A stretch of DNA of 62,797 bases, filler included, from Stramenopiles sp. TOSAG23-6 (lineage: Eukaryota): NCBI GenBank assembly GCA_900128565.1. It is 24 parts of 24 records of this genome, joined end to end, with 100 filler letters (N's around TTAATTAATTAA, not from the genome) between each part and the next. Parts side by side here need not be neighbours in the genome. Positions count along the whole stretch, not along the records: positions 10,530 to 13,057 come from LT637987.1; positions 13,158 to 15,685 come from LT637988.1; positions 15,786 to 18,312 come from LT637989.1; positions 18,413 to 20,938 come from LT637990.1; positions 21,039 to 23,563 come from LT637991.1; 19 more parts are not named here. One strand, given 5' to 3'. Numbering within the stretch: the stretch's first letter is position 1; each line of letters starts with the position of its first letter. Both the position numbers and the translations under genes were made by a program. Of this stretch, positions 11,175 through 22,913 are shown piece by piece. The notes beneath the pieces were generated by a model. It saw only the letters and a program-made list of their open reading frames with translations. It ran no database searches and had not been told where the DNA came from.

Positions 11175-12948
11175 AAATTTTCCTTTACCATTTCTAAATA
11201 TTGTTTTGAATTTCGCCCAATGTGTTTTGCCATAATTTCATCCATTTCTGCTTCTAAAGTGGCAGTTTTAAAATCTGTATCGGCTAATAAGGCATCAATA
11301 TCACTTGTAATGCTAGGGTTAGGGTTATCTCTCTCGGCTAATAAGGCATCAATATCATTTGTAATATCATTTGTAATGCTACTAGGGTTAGGGTTGTTTG
11401 TCTTGGTACAATTTTTTGTAGGTGAAGAAAGTCCATATTTCAAATGATTATTCATTGTACGTAAAACAGCTGTCTCTCTTTTCAGCATTTCAGACCATTC
11501 TGTAGGGTTAGGGTTACTATTGTTATCAGAAAATATATTTTTATCTATTGTTGACGGTTTGCTGTTTAAACTATTTTCAATTCCTGGTGTATTTTCATCA
11601 TTAAAAACATCAAAAATAATTTTTTCATCAACTAATATTTTTTTCATATTTCGTGATTGATGGAATTCAAATGATTTAAAGGTGTTTTGATTTTCTTCAT
11701 TCAATGTTGAAATATTTTTAGTTGGGTCTATACTCTCATTTTGTTGATGATTTGGCGGTTCATTCATGGAATAGTTTATTTTATGACAATCTTGTATCGT
11801 ATCAGTAGGGTTAGGGTTATACGATTCATTTATCTTTTTTGAAAAAAAATCGGTATTTCGTATTGTATCATCAGTACTAGGGTTAGGGTTATAGTATTCA
11901 TTAGGGTTAGGGTTTTCACTATACGCTGTTGTGTCCAAATCAGTATATGATTCATCAATAGTATCATGATTAGGGTTAGGGTTATTTGTTGTGTCCAAAT
12001 CTATACCAAGATCACCAAGATTTGTTGGATGATTGAGTTCTGTTTCATAGTCATCATTCACATCATTAGGGTTAGGGTTAGTATATGAAATATCATCGAC
12101 ATCACTACTAGGGTTAGGGTTATACGAAACATCAGTCACATCATTAGGGTTAGGGCTATCATTTTCAAATGAAAATGAACTTGAATAATCATCATTTATG
12201 TCCCTAATAATATCATCATATAATGGTCGTGATTGTACTAAAGTTGTTGTGTTCTTTATAGTGACTTCATTCATGTTTATTTTTTCTACTTTATTTGATT
12301 TATTTTCATCACTGTTCAGCCCTAACCCTAGTATTGTTGTTGATTCTTCAAAATTATCATTTCGTGTATTTTTTATTTCATCGGAAATCAATTCTTCATG
12401 GTTAATATCATGATGAACAGTATCATCATCGCTATTATACATCTTGATTATAGGAGTCGTCGCAGTTCCATCATCAGTTGTCGTACTCATCACAATAGGG
12501 TTAGGGTTACTCATCACAATAGGGTTAGGGTTACTCATCACAATAGGGTTAGGGTTAGGGTTAGGGTTCAATGGTATCGACGACCAAGGCCATTTTTTAC
12601 ATGGAACATTTGAATCATTGTCACCACTAGAATCACTTTTAATACTACAATCACTGAAATCACTGAAATTACTATAGTCAATGTCATTTTCATCTATTGT
12701 GTTTTCTACAGAATTTGAACTGTAGAAAGAAGAACGATATTTTTCTGTATTTTTGGAAAATATTTCAAAATTTACGAAAAAATAAAAAGCTTAGGTACAA
12801 AATTACGTACGAAAAAAAAATTACCAAAAAAATTACCAAAAAAATAAAAATCGAATTTTAAAAAATAAAAAGATACCTGAAATTCGTGTTAATTTCGTTA
12901 GTTCTCTCATTCGTTTTTTCTGTCTTCGATCCACGTCATACAAGACAC
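11168..12948 (-). CDS. Low-complexity D/N/P-rich protein with many NPNP motifs (5' partial; exon 12877-12948, then a long exon from 12744)
   Basis: Frame is continuous after removing 12745-12876; NPNP is encoded by AACCCTAACCCT. Confidence 0.65.
12745..12876 (-). other. Family intron with canonical ends, AG|GTATCT...ATACAG
   Basis: Same internal motifs as the AT-ending copies; in-frame join RISE-KYRS. Confidence 0.85.
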
Positions 12949-13157
12949 ATGTATTGTGAAAAAATATATATATTTTTTTTTTACCGAAAAAAAAAAAAAA
13001 AAAANCGTTAGGAAAAAAATTTCGTATGAAAAAAAAAAAAAAAAAAAAAAAAATAAANNNNNNNNNNNNNNNNNNNNNNNNNNNNNNNNNNNNNNNNNNN
13101 NTTAATTAATTAANNNNNNNNNNNNNNNNNNNNNNNNNNNNNNNNNNNNNNNNNNNN

Positions 13158-14655
13158 ATTCTTCACATGTCGCATTTGCAGTTGTTTGTTCATTACATAT
13201 TTTTGTATTTTCAGCATTTGTGTCATTTGGAGGCACATAACTGCTCTGTCGTACTACAACTAAATCAAATAATTTATTTGATATATCTTGAGCTACTTTT
13301 TTAGAGTTTTTATTATTATTTCGTATTTCAGAAATTCCATTGCTTTTCATATAAAGACACTGCCAATCTTCACGAGATACACCATTTATACCAAATACTT
13401 GATCACATTTCGCTAATGCATTAAATGCCAATGTAAATGCATCTTTTCGTGCTTTATAATGTCTCTCTATAAATAAATGTCGGTTATGATTAAATCGTCT
13501 TACTGCAATAGCAACCATGTATTGTGAAAAAATATTTTTTNNNNNNNNNNNNNNNNNNNNNNNNNNNNNNNNNNNNNNNNNNNNNNNNNNNNNNNNNNNN
13601 NNNNNNNNNNNNNNNNNNNNNNNNNNNNNNNNNNNNNNNTACAAAATTTCGTATGGAAAAAAACATAAATTCAAAATTGAAAAAAAATAAAACATACATA
13701 ATACGAAATAGAAACATTTTTGTCAGTAAAAAAAATGTCACAAAAAAAAAAGCATTAAAATCTCCTCCAGTTTCAACTGATTCCTTACCATCATTATAAT
13801 ACGATGTATGCATTGCTAATATTTGTGAACTTGACATAAATAATAAGAACATTTCATACAATCCAATCAAAAAATTCTGAAAATACATTTTTGGTTCAGA
13901 AGAATGAAATATTAAATATCCAAAATAACTGTAACCAATAACGACCAGTAAAATAAGAAAAAGTACAACAAATACACAATCAACAACTTGTAATACATTC
14001 GATAATATTGAACGAACATTCGTCAAACGAAATAGTACAATAAGTGGTATTAAACATGTTGAATATCGAATTTCCGTCCAACCTAAAGTAAAAGTGAATA
14101 AATCTAGAGCTGTCAAAATACTAACAAATAACCGCGCAATTGTCCAATGACAAATTTGTTTTCTTGATCTTGTTTTCATTCGTAGTATACAGTCAAATAT
14201 ATAGATCCAAATAAAACATGCTTCTAATAGAGCCACTAAGATTTCTGTACTATTATCTTTTAGGATAATACTATTTTTTGTTTTACTCAATAAAAGCCCT
14301 GTAAAAGGTATAAGAATTCCATATTTGTAATTAACACTGCCTCTTCGTTACTAACATTTAAATCATTCAAACCATTTTCATCACTAAACGCTACAGCAAC
14401 AAGTTTCCCTTGACTCACATTATAATCAACATCTGTGATGGTATTGCGAGGAGGCGCTTCACAAAAATCGTTCAAATTTACTGCTGAAGACAATCGTTCT
14501 TGCTTTGTTTCTTCAATCTTTGAAACTTCAGCTCTCACACGCGTTCTTTTCCTACAAAATACACCACGAATGAATGCCTGAATTTTACGTGCTTCATGCC
14601 ATCCTTCAACATGTATAGACAAGTCCTCAGATGACACTGAGGCCTCGTCTTTCAT
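13158..14655 (-). CDS. Two-pore channel-like cation channel with an N-terminal IQ-like motif (3' partial; frame break near 14290-14350)
   Basis: TM helices LEACFIWIYIFD, S4-like FRLTNVR, pore YFQNF..GLYEMF, S6; ARKIQAFIRGVFCRK. Confidence 0.6.
13517..13697 (-). other. Family intron AT|GTATGT...ATACAT (contains an N gap)
   Basis: Removal gives a continuous S6 helix, FLFRIMVAIAVRRF. Confidence 0.75.
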
Positions 14656-14931
14656 AATCTCAAATCTTGATTTATAATATTATTTTCGATAAAGAGAGTG
14701 AACTTTTCAAAGGTAATTGCCAGCATTTTTCAGAAAAATCGAATAATTTCGTTTTCGATTTTTCGTGTTTGAAACTGTCATCTATCAGGTCATATAAGAG
14801 TACCTCGTAAAATACTCACTACCACAGGTATCTTTAGCATAATATTGCAGTTCTCATTATAAAGATTCAAGTAAATATCATACAATGATACGAATATTAT
14901 AACACTTGTTTTACACATTCTACAACTCTTA

Positions 14932-15685
14932 ATGATGAATGTGTCAGAGGGTAAACTACAGTCAAAACGTCATCACATTATTCGAGAGATCATCAATACA
15001 GAAAAAAAATATGTCACTAACTTGACAACATTAGTAAATGAATATTATGGTCCACTAGCAATGGTACAGGAAGTAAAAGTTGATTTACAGACTCTTTTTG
15101 GTAATTCAAAGATGCTCCTTGAACTTAATTCTCATTTTGTAAATGATTTAGAAGGTGCGGCAAACCACGCAACTGTTGACGACGTCTCTAAACAACTAGC
15201 GAATGTATTCAGTCGATTTGCTCCTTTTCTTAAAATGTATACAAGCTATCTTGCTGGTACAAGTGCAGCGATGAAAGAATACAGCGTTGGCATGAAGTGC
15301 GATAAATATTTTCGAGCTTTTTGTAATGATAAATATCAAAAATGTGGCTCAACGCTAGATTCACTTTTGATCAAACCTGTTCAAAGATTACCACAATACG
15401 GTTTGATGCTGAAAGAACTTGTTAAATATACAAAAAATCCAAATGTCAAAAATATTGTAAAATGTGCATTGGATGCAGTGAACAAGACAGCACAACACTG
15501 TGATGATAATTTGAAATCTCTTCAATATTTTTTAGATGTACAAACAACAAGAGAACGGTTTGGAAGTCAAATAGCTCTGATTAAACTCGACGAGGAAATA
15601 AGACAATGTCAGCTTCTAAAAAAATCGCATAAAGATAAAGATGAATATTCTTCACAAACGAAAAAAACGAAAAACAGTGAGATGA
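14932..15685 (+). CDS. RhoGEF Dbl-homology domain protein (3' partial)
   Basis: REIINTEKKYV..L, LKMYTSY, LDSLLIKPVQRLPQYGLMLKEL. Confidence 0.92.
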
Positions 15686-15865
15686 NNNNNNNNNNNNNNN
15701 NNNNNNNNNNNNNNNNNNNNNNNNNNNNNTTAATTAATTAANNNNNNNNNNNNNNNNNNNNNNNNNNNNNNNNNNNNNNNNNNNNTTTTTTTTTTAAATT
15801 TTTTTTTCATACGAAATTTTTTACCTAAAAAAAAAAAAAAAAAAAAAATATTTTTCACTATATAT

Positions 15866-16104
15866 ATAAACGATGTCTTCAATTATTAAAACCCAAAGGT
15901 GGTTGGTTACATATACATGCTAATGTAAATGTAGATGAAGTTACTCAATGGACAAAAACATTATGTACAACATTAGAGAAATATGCTCATGAGTTGGGTC
16001 ATACTTCATGGTTTATTACAGTAGAGCATATTGAAAATGTTAAAAGTTATGGACCAAGAATTGATCATTTAGTGTTAGATGTGAAATGTCAAAAATGTAT
16101 ATGA
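15866..16104 (+). CDS. TYW2: Last exon of a tRNA wybutosine-synthesizing protein 2-like (TYW2/TRMT12, Met-10+ family) gene
   Basis: GGWLHIHANV...HIENVKSYGPRIDHLVLDVKC; preceded by a family intron 3' end; start approximate. Confidence 0.7.
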
Positions 16105-16313
16105 TGGATGTGTAGTGTAGAGATGATTCATTATAAATAGTACAATACTAAATTATTTCAAAAATATCTTAATTTTTTTTTATTTTTTTATAACAATTAT
16201 GCAAACCACATAAAGAAAACTTCTTCATATTTAATCTAAAAAATTCACAAAAGAATTATCCCATCCCATAACAACCCCATCCCAATGTAAGGAAAGTTAT
16301 ACCAAAGTTTACT

Positions 16314-16555
16314 AATCTCTATAGAATATGTCAAAAGTGATTGAAATAAATATACATTTTCATCATGTAAAAGCAAACATCATTCAATGTTTGAATAAAC
16401 AAAAAAATACTCGCAATAATCTATACAATATGTCAATAGTATTTGAAATAAATCAACATGTTTCTCATGTAAAAGCAAACATCATTCATTGTTTGAATAA
16501 AAACAAAAATACGGGCAATAATCTGTACAATACGTCAGTAGTATTTGAAATAAAC
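16314..16555. repeat. 102-nt tandem repeat, ~2.4 units
   Basis: CATGTAAAAGCAAAC at 16364 and 16466. Confidence 0.9.
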
Positions 16556-16869
16556 GAGGATAATTTTTTTAACTTCTCGCATGGTTTTCTTTGAATTTTT
16601 TTTTTNATNGATTNATTTNCTTGTTTGCACGGATTGAAGTAATATTATATACTATATAAAGAGAATTTTAAGAAACGTGATTTTGTTGTATACTTTGTTG
16701 AGTTAAATGAGTAGTATGTAATAGTATTATTATTTTTGAATTATTTTTAAAATGTTGGTATCATTTTTTTCAGAATAAAGGCAATAAATGTTAGTGACGT
16801 ACAAACTTGAAGTGAAAATTTGAGAATGGTATATTTTTATTATTTATACAAATTAAAAATGTTTATTTT

Positions 16870-17552
16870 GTGTGTGTGTTTTTTTTTGTTGTTATTTTGC
16901 ATCCTTCTGATTCTAAACGACATTTTATTGAAAAATATGATCTTATGAGTATTGCACTTTTGAATAATCATATGCATGTTGCTAAATGGCTCAATCGTCA
17001 AACTTGGTATTGTAATACGTTTGATTGTGAACAGGCTATTAAAATCAATAATTTAGAATCCTTAATATGGTTGAAAAATGAAAATTCAAATTTTTATTTT
17101 CAAAATAGATTTTGCCGTGCTGCAGCAAAATATGGTCATATATTTTAAAATGGTTACCACATCACGACCCACCATGTCCATGGAATGTGAAAACATGTAG
17201 GGAAGCAGCATTTAATGGTCATTTAAAAACGTTGAAATGGTTAAGAAATCAACAGCCGCCATGTCCATGGAACAAAGATACAACTACAGCAGCAGCTGCT
17301 AAAGGATATATGAAAACTTTAAAATGGTTACGAAAACAAAAACCTCCATGTCCATGGAGTGAAAGAACATTTTTAGCCGCGGCTGCAAAAGGTCATGTTG
17401 AACTTTGTGCATGGTTAGTTAAACAAAAGTGTCCTCGAAATGACAGAAAATGTTACTACCATTTTACTTTCGAATCTTTAGAATATCCTCTTGCTGGTGA
17501 ATATTCACCAATCGAAGCAGCACCAATTACATTTTTTTCTCTCTTATGGTAA
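16870..17552 (+). pseudogene. CPW-type ankyrin-like repeat gene with a frameshift at ~17140
   Basis: Repeats CPW..TC..AA..GHL..LKWLR; the first GH(I)..LKW is broken by a short deletion. Confidence 0.7.
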
Positions 17553-18160
17553 AGTTGTGCTAACGTGGTTAATAGCATCTTACTAATAGCGGTCAATCGC
17601 GGTCAATCGAGGCCAACGAACAGGTTCCAACTTGTTATCGTTTCATACGAATTTATTGTTAACGAATGTGTAATTTTTATGAAACAACTGCAAATTGTAT
17701 ACATAAAACTACGTTTTTCCAAACCAACACAGACTTTTGAATAAATTCACACTGTGTATTGCTGTGGAGGGGCATGTTCGAACTACATGTACTTTTTATG
17801 ACGGAATACATTTCCAACAACGAATCACTCTAATATACGGAGTACGTACCAAAACACTACCAAACTTTGATATCATTTTCGTAACATCATGTAACATCTA
17901 TATATTTATTACTTCAACTCTAATATTTCTAAAAATGCATTTATTTTAAAAATAATCAAAAAACGACCAATACCCTATTTATTACGACCGGTAACAAAAC
18001 AATCACGACACAATACCGATATTAAAAAATCAAAAATATCTTTGCAAAATAGTAATAAACTTATTCACGACTCCTCGCCGTATGCTATCAATAATTAAAT
18101 TCCGAAATTGGGATATATTGTATTTCTGTATAATTGTACATCGATATCATGCGAGAAGGA

Positions 18161-18312
18161 TAAACATTTTTATCATGTAAAAGCAAACATCATTCATTGT
18201 TTGAATAAAAGCAAAAAAACACCCAATAATCTCTACAATATGTAAATAGTATTTGAAATAAATAAACATTTTTATCATGTAAAAGCAAACATCATTCATC
18301 TTTTGAATAAAA
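18161..18312. repeat. Second array of the same 102-nt repeat, truncated by the contig end
   Basis: CATGTAAAAGCAAAC at 18174 and 18276. Confidence 0.9.
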
Positions 18313-18412
18313 NNNNNNNNNNNNNNNNNNNNNNNNNNNNNNNNNNNNNNNNNNNNTTAATTAATTAANNNNNNNNNNNNNNNNNNNNNNNNNNNNNNNN
18401 NNNNNNNNNNNN

Positions 18413-19210
18413 ACGGATAGTTTGTAAAACGCAATTTATAGGACTTGTATAATTAGCTGCCCCTTTAATTGTTTTCTGCATGTTCATTATTCTTGTTTTC
18501 ACTACATCTACAGGACACGTTACCACAGTAGCAACAAAGCCGCTAAATGTTGATGCTAGGAAATGTGTACTTGTTGTATCTGAGAAATATCCAGAGTTGA
18601 TCATCCATCCTTTAGCCAGACCATAAGAGGGGAGCTGTGCGGATGTGACAAGCATTGCACGGAAAACAGTTGGTGTGCAACCTCGCCATAATCGTGTGAC
18701 ACCTTCTTCTGTATATGTTCGATATAGGCCATTAAATAAACTTGTGTAACCACGGCGTTGTTCCTTTGGCCAGTGACCATCCGCCTGCATTCTCACTAAA
18801 ATAACATCACAAGGATTTGCTATGAACGCAGAGACTCCACCGATAAAACTTGCTGCACCTATTTGTTGCATGAGATTCATACCAGGATTTTCATGACGAC
18901 ATATATTATATGTACCGTGACGAAGAGTGGAGAATATGGCTTGTCTACCAACTGATGCGCTAAGTCCGTAATATAACCCTGTACGATTAAAGTGGGAAAC
19001 ACCTTCTGTTTTCGCGATCGATGCCAGTGTTCGAAACACATTAGCTAAACCAGATGGCTGTTTTATTCCCGACAACTCCCCTTTTAATTGACATCTCACT
19101 TTTACAACATCTAAAGGATGGCTGAAGTTACATGCCATCATCTCCCCCAATCCACCGGCTAGATACATATACCAATATGGATCACGTTGACGGTTTGAAG
19201 ATGGTGCCAT
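18413..19210 (-). CDS. Mitochondrial carrier, dicarboxylate or oxoglutarate-malate type (3' partial)
   Basis: Three PxDxxKxR motifs; VRMQADGHWPKEQRRGY; LWRGCTPTVFRAMLVTSAQL. Confidence 0.92.
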
Positions 19211-19675
19211 ATTTTGCCTTGTTTTCGTAAGTTTGTTGTCTTTTTGTCTTTTTCAAAAAATTGATCTTTTCCCAACTATCAATGATAAGAAATATATATA
19301 AGTGTAATCGCTAACTTGTATAAATACGTGATTATTTGTATACCGTAGATACCTTTTAATATACTCTATAGAAATCTTGCGCAATTGGTGGTGGTCACAT
19401 GATACACTTGTGACTTGATACGCACAAATGTCATATTTTTTATTTTTTTGGCACACGTCACGTGTTTTTTCTCTTTTTAAGGGAGCAGCTTTGTTCCGAC
19501 GATCGAAAAAAAGAGGTTTTTTTTTGTTGTTGTTACTGTTTCTTTTTTTTCTTTCATGTGTTAAAAAAAACTCTAAAGTGTTATATTTTTGATCTTTTTT
19601 ACACGTCTTTAGATTATAGCTACAAGTAAATAGTACCTTCAATTAATTTACAAACACTGTAGATGCAATACTAAA

Positions 19676-20551
19676 ATGTTTACTGATGATGTCATTGTAT
19701 CATCTGGTTTGTTTGGTCTTGTAGATGAATCTGACACAGGTGTTAGTGATTCAAAATGTAGTGAAGAAGAGTTAACCTCCTTGGGGACAAACAAAACTAA
19801 TAAAGAACTTTTGGAAGTAGATAAAAGAAGTGATATAAAAGAGCCAACGACGCCAAATCAGTACGCTTTTAACTTACTTAACGGGGGTAATCGCAGTAAA
19901 GGATTTGCTGATGCTCTCAAAGAGGATCAAAATTATCAAAAAGAAAGTTCATGCTCCTCCTCGACTTCAATGTATTATCCTACTTCATTGGGGGAACACA
20001 ATTGGCAAGATAATCAATCACATGAAAACTCTGTCGTTTCTACTGATAAGGGAGTTAATTTAGCTTCGTATAGAAGTAAATCCAGTATTGAAGATAGTAA
20101 GATGGGTGGATATGCTAGTTGGGGAGCTTTAATGAGTTCATGTGGAAGTAATGAAAACTCCAACTCTAGTTCAATATATAAAAAGTATTCTACAAATACT
20201 CAAAGACCGTCCAGTGGCATCACACAATCAATGTTGTGTAATACTAATAAAATGAATGAGTATGTTTGTTCTACTTCAAATAAGCAAAATGATAAGCAAA
20301 ATAATGAGCAAAATGATGAGCAAAATAATGATTCTTCCACTTTTAGAGTACACACTCAAAAAAACACGAAATGTAGTACAAAAAACAAAAAGGAATGTGG
20401 TACAAAAACTAACGACAAAGAACAGCAAAGACTCAATCATTTGGATAAAAACACAAATCAATCTCATGAGGATGATGATGAAGATATTTCATATACAAAT
20501 TGTCCTGGGATGATTGAAGTAGAAAATATCACAAATTGTGTATTATTTTAA
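19676..20551 (+). CDS. Hypothetical S/N/K-rich protein
   Basis: 291-aa ATG-initiated ORF; no recognisable domain. Confidence 0.55.
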   Translation: MFTDDVIVSSGLFGLVDESDTGVSDSKCSEEELTSLGTNKTNKELLEVDKRSDIKEPTTPNQYAFNLLNGGNRSKGFADALKEDQNYQKESSCSSSTSMYYPTSLGEHNWQDNQSHENSVVSTDKGVNLASYRSKSSIEDSKMGGYASWGALMSSCGSNENSNSSSIYKKYSTNTQRPSSGITQSMLCNTNKMNEYVCSTSNKQNDKQNNEQNDEQNNDSSTFRVHTQKNTKCSTKNKKECGTKTNDKEQQRLNHLDKNTNQSHEDDDEDISYTNCPGMIEVENITNCVLF

Positions 20552-21098
20552 TGTATTAGGGTTAGGGTTAGAGGTGAAGTAGACAATATCACAAATTATT
20601 ATAAACAATATTTATTGCACTATTAATTAATTTCTTTATTGTGTATTATTCCAACTATATGCTGCTTTTTTATTGATATTTAATTTTTTGATATTTAATT
20701 TCATGAAAAAAAAAAATATATATATTTTTAATTTTTTTGTACATTAGGGTTAGGGTTGATATGTAAACCAGTCAAATTACTCGATGAAAATTTTCTATCA
20801 AATGACTGTACTGCTTTTTTCGCTGTTTTTTTCAATTCTGGGGATGATAATGGTGAGGTACAAAAATTCGTATTTGAATATTTGTAATCTGGACGATGTA
20901 TTGTGAAAAAATATTTTTTTTTTTTTTTTTTTTTTTTTNNNNNNNNNNNNNNNNNNNNNNNNNNNNNNNNNNNNNNNNNNNNTTAATTAATTAANNNNNN
21001 NNNNNNNNNNNNNNNNNNNNNNNNNNNNNNNNNNNNNNCGTTAGGTACAAAATTTCGTACGAAAAATAAATTTGAAATTGAAAAAAAATAAAATTTAC

Positions 21099-21617
21099 AT
21101 TTTTGCTCCCACTTCCTTTTTTACCATATCCTAGTGTAGGAGGCACCTTCAAACGTCTTCTGCCTCCCACTTTCATACCAATAATTCCTTGATCCCAGCC
21201 TTTAATTACATCACCAGCACCTAAAACAAAAGTAAACTTATTTGCAGCATCAAATTGTTCTCCACTATCTTCAAGAGTACCACGATATTTTACAGTTACT
21301 GTGCTACCTTCAACAGCAGCATCTCCGGTGCCAATGACTTCCTCATTTATTGTGCAAGATGGAGTTGTATCCAAATACTCACTGTCCATAGCAACTTTGA
21401 AGCTTTGTTTATCTTGAGATAGAAGACCTGCAGCTACCCCCTTTTTTAATGCATTGCGTAATGCCACAGTATTTACTTTGATTGCGAATTCAGATTCAAT
21501 ATAATTAGAAATAGCCTTTCGAGAAGAACCCTTATATTGTTTCAAACTTCTTATTGCAAAAACTACCCGATCAAGATAACTCTTAGACGCAGACTTTGAC
21601 TTTATTTTGAGTGTCAT
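21099..21617 (-). CDS. Linker histone H1/H5 globular domain fused to an FKBP-type PPIase (3' partial)
   Basis: AIRSLKQYKGSSRKAISNYI..LRNALKKGV..G.L.Q...SFKV, then VKYRGTL..G..FD..F.LG.G.VIKGWDQG..GMKVGGRRRL.VPP.LGYG; family intron starts at 21098. Confidence 0.9.
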
Positions 21618-21923
21618 TTGTGAAAAAAATTGTTTATTGAAAAGAAACAATTAAAGAGTTAATCCGGGCGAGGTCCTTATCACTTCCTTTGTAGTTATGA
21701 AAAATTTCGCGTGATGGCGTTGGCCGATGTCAATCAAATCACAAATCCGTCGGTTATGCGTATCAAATAGTCGTTCAGTTTGGTCGGTTAAAATTTCCGT
21801 ATATAATAAGTACGAATTCCTTAACCGCCGCTCTGTTTCTCTCCATGAAATTTCTCGCAAGGTAATATTTTACAAACAACCGTTCACGCTAATCCATTCA
21901 TTATTGATATTTGTCATTACAAA

Positions 21924-22913
21924 ATGTTCATATTTATATTATGTACAATGTTACTTTTATCTCAACGTGTATTTCATATTGAAGCAGCCAAAGGCCTGCC
22001 CAAAAAAGTAGCACCAAACACTCCAAACCGTCTAACCCGCGAACAACTTCAAGGACTTCAGGACTTCAAGGTGAGCAATACTTTTGAAAACAAAGTTTTT
22101 AGAGATCAACTCGGAGCCAATCTATTAAGTGATGATGCACTTCAACTTAGGGCTACTGCACGTAAATTCGAAAATATTCAGTATGGAAGGTGGGAAAAAA
22201 ACGACCAAACAGCCCAAACAGTGTACCGAAGATATCAAAAAATTCTCGAGTTTGCCATGAGAGGAGAAGTTGACAAAGTTAACTTATTTTTGAACATTGG
22301 TGCTGATGTCAATATGGCTAACATGTGGGGAGATACCGCGTTGTCCATTGCTTCATTTTACGGTCAACATGAAGTAGTTCAACTACTTCTTCGTCGTGGT
22401 GCTGATTTCAATCATGCTAATCGAGACGGAAGAACCCCATTGTATTTTGCTTCAACGAGAGGTCATCTTGGAGTAGTTGCACAACTTATCACGGCAGGTG
22501 CTGACATCAGCGTCTTGTCAGAGGACCAAAAAAACGATGCATTGCGTTTTGCTTCACGTAGAGGTAATGCAGGAGTAGTTGAAGAACTTCTCGCTGGTGG
22601 TGCTGATGTCAATACGGCTAGTCGATTTGGAGCTACCTCATTGTTTACTGCTTCAGCGAGGGATCATGAAGAAGTAGTTCAAATACTTCTGGAGCATGGT
22701 GCTGATGTCAATGATGCGGACAGATTTGAAAGAACCCCATTGTATATTGCTTCAGAAAGGGGTCATGAGGGAGTAGTTCGACTACTTATTGATGCTGGTG
22801 CTGATGTAATGACGGCTAACAGACGCGGAGAAACACCATTGTTTATTGCTTCAAGGAGAGGTCGTGTGGGAATAGTTCAACTACTTATCGCTGCTGGAAA
22901 TCAATCACATTGA
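21924..22913 (+). CDS. Ankyrin repeat protein with a putative signal peptide
   Basis: About six G.TPL..AS..GH..VV.LL...GADVN repeats. Confidence 0.9.
   Translation: MFIFILCTMLLLSQRVFHIEAAKGLPKKVAPNTPNRLTREQLQGLQDFKVSNTFENKVFRDQLGANLLSDDALQLRATARKFENIQYGRWEKNDQTAQTVYRRYQKILEFAMRGEVDKVNLFLNIGADVNMANMWGDTALSIASFYGQHEVVQLLLRRGADFNHANRDGRTPLYFASTRGHLGVVAQLITAGADISVLSEDQKNDALRFASRRGNAGVVEELLAGGADVNTASRFGATSLFTASARDHEEVVQILLEHGADVNDADRFERTPLYIASERGHEGVVRLLIDAGADVMTANRRGETPLFIASRRGRVGIVQLLIAAGNQSH

Noticed and set aside
6247-16104. Alternative genetic code
   Set aside because: TAA and TGA end conserved proteins at expected positions (6425, 16104), and long ORFs are open under the standard code
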